Shown here one piece after another: positions 63,221-64,000 of a DNA stretch of 64,000 bases (the first letter of the stretch is position 1; each line of letters begins with the position of its first letter). Both the position numbers and the translations under genes were made by a program. The notes beneath the pieces were generated by a model, which worked only from the letters and a program-made list of their open reading frames with translations, was not told the DNA's origin and searched no databases. This stretch comes from Bugula neritina (taxonomy: Eukaryota; Animalia; Bryozoa). Where the stretch lies: the NCBI GenBank assembly GCA_964035545.1, contig OZ037769.1, forward strand, positions 14,848,633 to 14,912,632. Direction: 5' to 3'.

Positions 63221-64000
63221 TCTTGCCACAATTGTAACCAAACTATTCTATAAAATACAGCATTATTACATCAATCAGTTTTTTTTACATAAAGACTGCA
63301 GCAAACACGCATGCATGTACGTCATAAAAAATCTAAATTACAACACTACTAAACACTTAGGACTCCGTGACACTTTAATAGGGTTTTCCCTATAAATTGC
63401 ATTGTCTTCTTATTGTGTTATTTCAAATAATACTTACGTATAAATGAAAGCAACTATAAGTATGTTCCTATGGTGTTACCTAATCTTTTTACTTTCCTAT
63501 AAACAAGCATTGCTTGTCAATAAACTTGCTTATGTAACCAAAACCCATTATGGGTATTTTACTTTTCTGTTGCTCTGCCTCAGCAATGACTTAACTTTAC
63601 AAATTTTTTTCATTTCTCACATCAAGCAAAAAATAGATCTTGGAGAATTGATCCATGCAATATCATTACATAGTTACATGTATGTATACAGTGAACCTTG
63701 GTATTCAATCCCCAACAATATCATCAATTAAACAATATATTTATTATAATTTTTTCTCAATTTTTTCCTCTGTGTAAATTTAATAATTTTGACAATCTTT
63801 TTTACACTTTATAGACCCTTAAATCTTCTTTTGGGTATAAGAAATTTATGTGCAACCTTATGTACTCCATCTTTAAGTTAATGGCCTAAAATAATATAAT
63901 TGCTCATAAAAATACAGTGTTAAATGTTTCTTTAGCTGCAAAAACAATATTAATAAAAAATTATACATGTTTTAGTAAACTTCAAGTGTTTTAACACAAG

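Overview
AT-rich, intron-rich eukaryotic (invertebrate metazoan) genomic DNA with GT-AG introns; the species cannot be identified from sequence alone. Left to right: (1) the last 8 coding exons of a filamin gene (+; Ig repeats 20-24 by comparison with vertebrate filamins); (2) an 11-exon class B1 (secretin/PTH-receptor-like) GPCR gene (+), signal-peptide exon uncertain; (3) a tandem cluster of four 9-exon SLC16/MCT-like MFS transporter paralogs, two on + and two on -. Genes 1 and 2 are intact (467 and 471 aa by my exon assembly). Gene 3 has a +4 frameshift in exon 8. Gene 4 is heavily remodelled: a MITE inside coding exon 3, an intragenic duplication of exon 3'-exon 6 breaking at the MITE site, a new in-frame exon5/exon4 chimeric exon, and a 514-bp palindrome centred on (TA)n. 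All four transporters lack the canonical MCT TM1 Lys and TM8 Asp/Arg pair, and they split into a TM11-Glu type (genes 1, 3) and a TM11-Lys/Lys type (genes 2, 4). Also present: several MITEs, two tRNA-derived SINE families, long microsatellites, a duplicated TATA/Inr promoter module and a decayed TPR pseudogene fragment. Exon coordinates and alignments were read by eye and not confirmed by RNA data or database searches.
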